The notes beneath the pieces were generated by a model. It was not told where the DNA came from and ran no database searches. It saw only the letters and a list, made by a program, of their open reading frames with translations. A program made the translations under genes and the position numbers. A stretch of DNA of 64,000 bases from Eledone cirrhosa (taxonomy: Eukaryota): NCBI GenBank assembly GCA_964016885.1, contig OZ024747.1, positions 69,006,001 through 69,070,000 on the forward strand, written 5' to 3'. Below are positions 60,661 through 64,000 of this stretch, in pieces. How positions within the stretch are numbered: position 1 is the first letter of the stretch; each line of letters begins with the position of its first letter.

Positions 60661-62927
60661 TGTATGGTGTATGGGTATGTGTGTACGGGGGGATTACACA
60701 CACACACACACAGAGATAATGGTTATGCCTTTGCCAGAAAGGTTTCATTCCAAATATCCATTACTCATATACGCATTAGAAAAAAATTCTTTGAACAACA
60801 CCTTTGCATTTGAAGTATAATAAACGTTATTTGCTGTATTTGTTTCCAGACGTCAAAATATGTGGACATATCTTCTCTAGAATATTCCCGAAAGCTTACA
60901 GCAAATATTTCTTTCTCTCTTCTAATTAGAACAAGTTCTTTGTGTTTATTTTCTCCCACTTTACGTTTGAACTGAACAACGTAGGAATCTTTCTAAGACT
61001 TAATTGGGGGTCTGTATGTTCACTTACAAAATACTTCTCTTGCTAAACCATTTATACACGCATTTAAATTTCTTTCTTGTATTTATTTTCCCCGATTCCA
61101 TAGACTTTTCTTCGATTATTTGAACTAAATATGAGTTACCGTTCAGGTGAAGGAGCTACGGTCGTGGATTTATGTTATGTCATGTAGTTTGGTTTGAACC
61201 ACCGTATCAAATGAGTAATTCTAGTTATAAAACAATATTACATGCATTGGACTCATTGTTAGAGTCACAAGTTTTCTGGATCAAAGGGAGGATTCTACCA
61301 TTGTCTTGCATGCAATATTAAGATCAATACAAAGAATTCAACAATACTTCTTTCACGATACCAATATCAATGCAATGATTGCAATACTTCCTTTGTTGAT
61401 ATTGTTGTTGTTGTTGCTGCAGTTGCTCTTGTTACTGTTTGTTTTGTTATTGCTTCTGTTTCTGCTCATATTACTAGCTAAAGAAGATTCATATATTTCT
61501 GAATCTGAGACTGCCCGAGGCATAATAATTGAAATACTAATACAAAATTAATCAAGCTCTCTCTAGATATCGGCGTGATTTTGTATTTTTCTCCTAATAT
61601 GATTCTTTTATGTGTTTTCGGTCAAACAGCAGCAGCTTCGTCAGATGTAGAACTTGCAATATTAATTTCTTTCAAGGGCACTAGATGGCATAATCAGTTA
61701 GAGGGACAGGAAATATACCTTGTAGTATTTGGTTGGGTCTATTTATATTCTGAATTTATAATACCACCGATGTCCACTTCCCATTTCATCATTCATGGGA
61801 TCGATAATATGAGTAGCAATTTAGCATTGGGTTAATTTTATCGATTACACCCTAATCTAAAAAAATGTGTAGTCCTTTGCTTATGTTAAATATCAATATC
61901 AATTTCTTTGAAGGCGACAGATAGTAGAATCACTAGAGTGACATAGAGTTTAGTTGCGACTCTACGTTTTGGGTTCAAATCTCACTGATTTGAGTCGACC
62001 TGGCTTTACAGACGTAATAGGGAGGGGGTGTAAAATAAGCTCCAGTAATGTAAGACTTGAGGTGGCGAATTGGCAGTCAGGAGAGCGACGAAGAAAACGC
62101 TTTCTGGCATTCGTTCCAGCTCTATATTGACTGTGGTCAAAGGGATAGGCCCACCAGTTTTAAGATGGCAAAGACATGAGGGGGCATCTACAATTTCACG
62201 ATGAATTGAGAGTTCGAGGAAAGAATATAGTATAACCAATTTAACAAATATTGTCAAAGTTATTAATTTCTTTCACAGGTGAGTGCAATAAAAAACTGAT
62301 TTTGCGAACCCCTCGAAGCCTATTTACGCTACCTATACAACTAAAATCTTTGAGAAAGGTTCGAAACTTACAAGTAACTATTTTCCTTCTCTCAAAATAC
62401 AAGATCTTGTGTTTAATAATAGAAAACTCATAAACGATTCTAAAAGCACATAGCGTTAGCTTTTCTTATAAAAATTATGGGATCATTAATAAAGTGAAGA
62501 CAAAACTATCTTACATGTTATTCTAGAGAATTATTTTTGTTGTTGTTGTTGTTTAGTTCCAGGTGAACTCCAATCAAGCAGCTGTGGTAAAAAATATTCC
62601 AGACTTGACCATTAAATTCTTTATTTTTTAAAGTGTGTATTCAGAATTACATCATTCAATATGCCTCCTTATTTAATTTGAGAGAAATTTGGTACTATTT
62701 CTAGCAGCTTGAAAAGAAGATCAGACAATAAATGTAAATACAGTTGGTTTCTATAAATAGAATTTTGCTATAAGTAGTGTTGCTGACCACTTTTTTCCGT
62801 CGTGTAAGGGGTTTTATCCTATTTTCTAAGCTATATATAGTATCCAGCTCTATTTACAGCTATTTACTGCGTTTGAGTCTCCTATATTTTCTATGAACCT
62901 CATATCTCAATGCTTCCAAAGTCCGGA

Positions 62928-63007
<80 letters not shown>

Positions 63008-63025
63008 CATCTATCTATTTAGATC

Positions 63026-63063
<38 letters not shown>

Positions 63064-63064
<1 letters not shown>

Positions 63065-63473
63065 CACCACCTTCAGCCCTCCTCGCTCGGACACCCCGTC
63101 TCCCTCTCCCCACTCCACCCGCCTCCACCTCTACTCACCCCACACCCTTCCACCACCTGTTTACCCCCCTTTTAATTTCAGTTTATTTTGATCATGCCTT
63201 TATTTTTAAATGTTCTCATTCCTTGTATTTTGATCATGCTTTATTTTTATTTATTATTTATTATATTTTTGTCTTTATTTGTTAATTTTTCATTCGCACC
63301 GTTTCCTTTCGCTATATGTCTCTCCACCACTCCCCTACACACCTTTTGAACTCTTACCTGAAGAAGGGCTTATGCCCGAAACGTCGTCCTCCACCTACCC
63401 CCCCACTCTCCTGAGCGTGAATCTAATAAACATTTGTCGTACTGCCTCTCTGTTCTGTCCCTGTTCAATTTTT

Positions 63474-63477
<4 letters not shown>
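63064..63477 (+). mobile_element. Family D pLTR, (TA)n both sides
   Basis: CTGAAGA-a-gggc(ttat)gccc-GAAACGTC at 63358-63385, then AATAAA; homologous to 1140-1555. Confidence 0.75.
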
Positions 63478-63564
<87 letters not shown>

Positions 63565-63642
63565 TGCATATATATATAACGGGATTGTCACAAATTAATC
63601 GCGTTAGATCATATGTCTATCCAATGAGGCATGGCTTGGCGT

Positions 63643-63678
<36 letters not shown>

Positions 63679-64000
63679 GCAGCAACAACAACAAACACAG
63701 GACGTTATCTTTGACTAAAATGGGAATCTATTCTGTAAGATGTACCGGGCTGTTGCTTCGCTTGGTGCGGTTTGTCTAAATACTGTTGAAATGAATCAAT
63801 GAACAGCGTCAATATTATAGACCGTATCTCTTATGCAATGATCATGTATTATACAAATATGTTATCAAGCAGGTTTCCTTTATAAGGGAAGTAATGATAT
63901 TTATATAAGTATGACGTCACGAAACAGCGACTGTTCGGTAGCGGTAGGTTAAAGTGTGAATTCCTTATTTAAAATTATACTCATGAGACAAGCGCAACCT

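Noticed and set aside
61306-61551. Leu-rich membrane-like ORF
   Set aside because: Driven by a degenerate (TTG)n tract with a non-ATG start.

Overview
AT-rich, microsatellite-saturated animal DNA. The SINE and repeat make-up looks like a coleoid cephalopod, probably Octopus (inference from remembered repeat families). No host protein-coding gene can be supported; nearly all ORFs in the track are microsatellite artefacts. Real coding signal is limited to decayed non-LTR retrotransposon remnants: a CRE-like RT (3610-4180, -), a Dong/R4-like RT (13390-13960, +) and a CR1/Zenon-like APE+RT ORF2 (24735-28210, -) inside which two minisatellites arose. There are many tRNA-derived SINEs, a hAT/Charlie-like MITE carrying a 2.4 kb 34-bp array, and two Tc1/mariner-type MITEs. 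The main result is about 20 short non-coding modules from at least 12 mutually dissimilar families, mostly embedded in (TA)n tracts. Most carry type I hammerhead ribozyme motifs (including U3-A8 covariant cores and long stem II insertions), and many are fold-back inverted repeats; they are best read as Penelope-like element pLTR ends. Nine families share a covarying 3'-tail hairpin, RCTC-[variable stem-loop]-YY bulge-GAGY, about 30-70 nt from the (TA)n junction. The shorter (inverted) arm stops a few bases upstream of that hairpin, suggesting a cis-acting RT recognition or template-boundary element. All alignments and folds were done by eye and family letters are my own labels.
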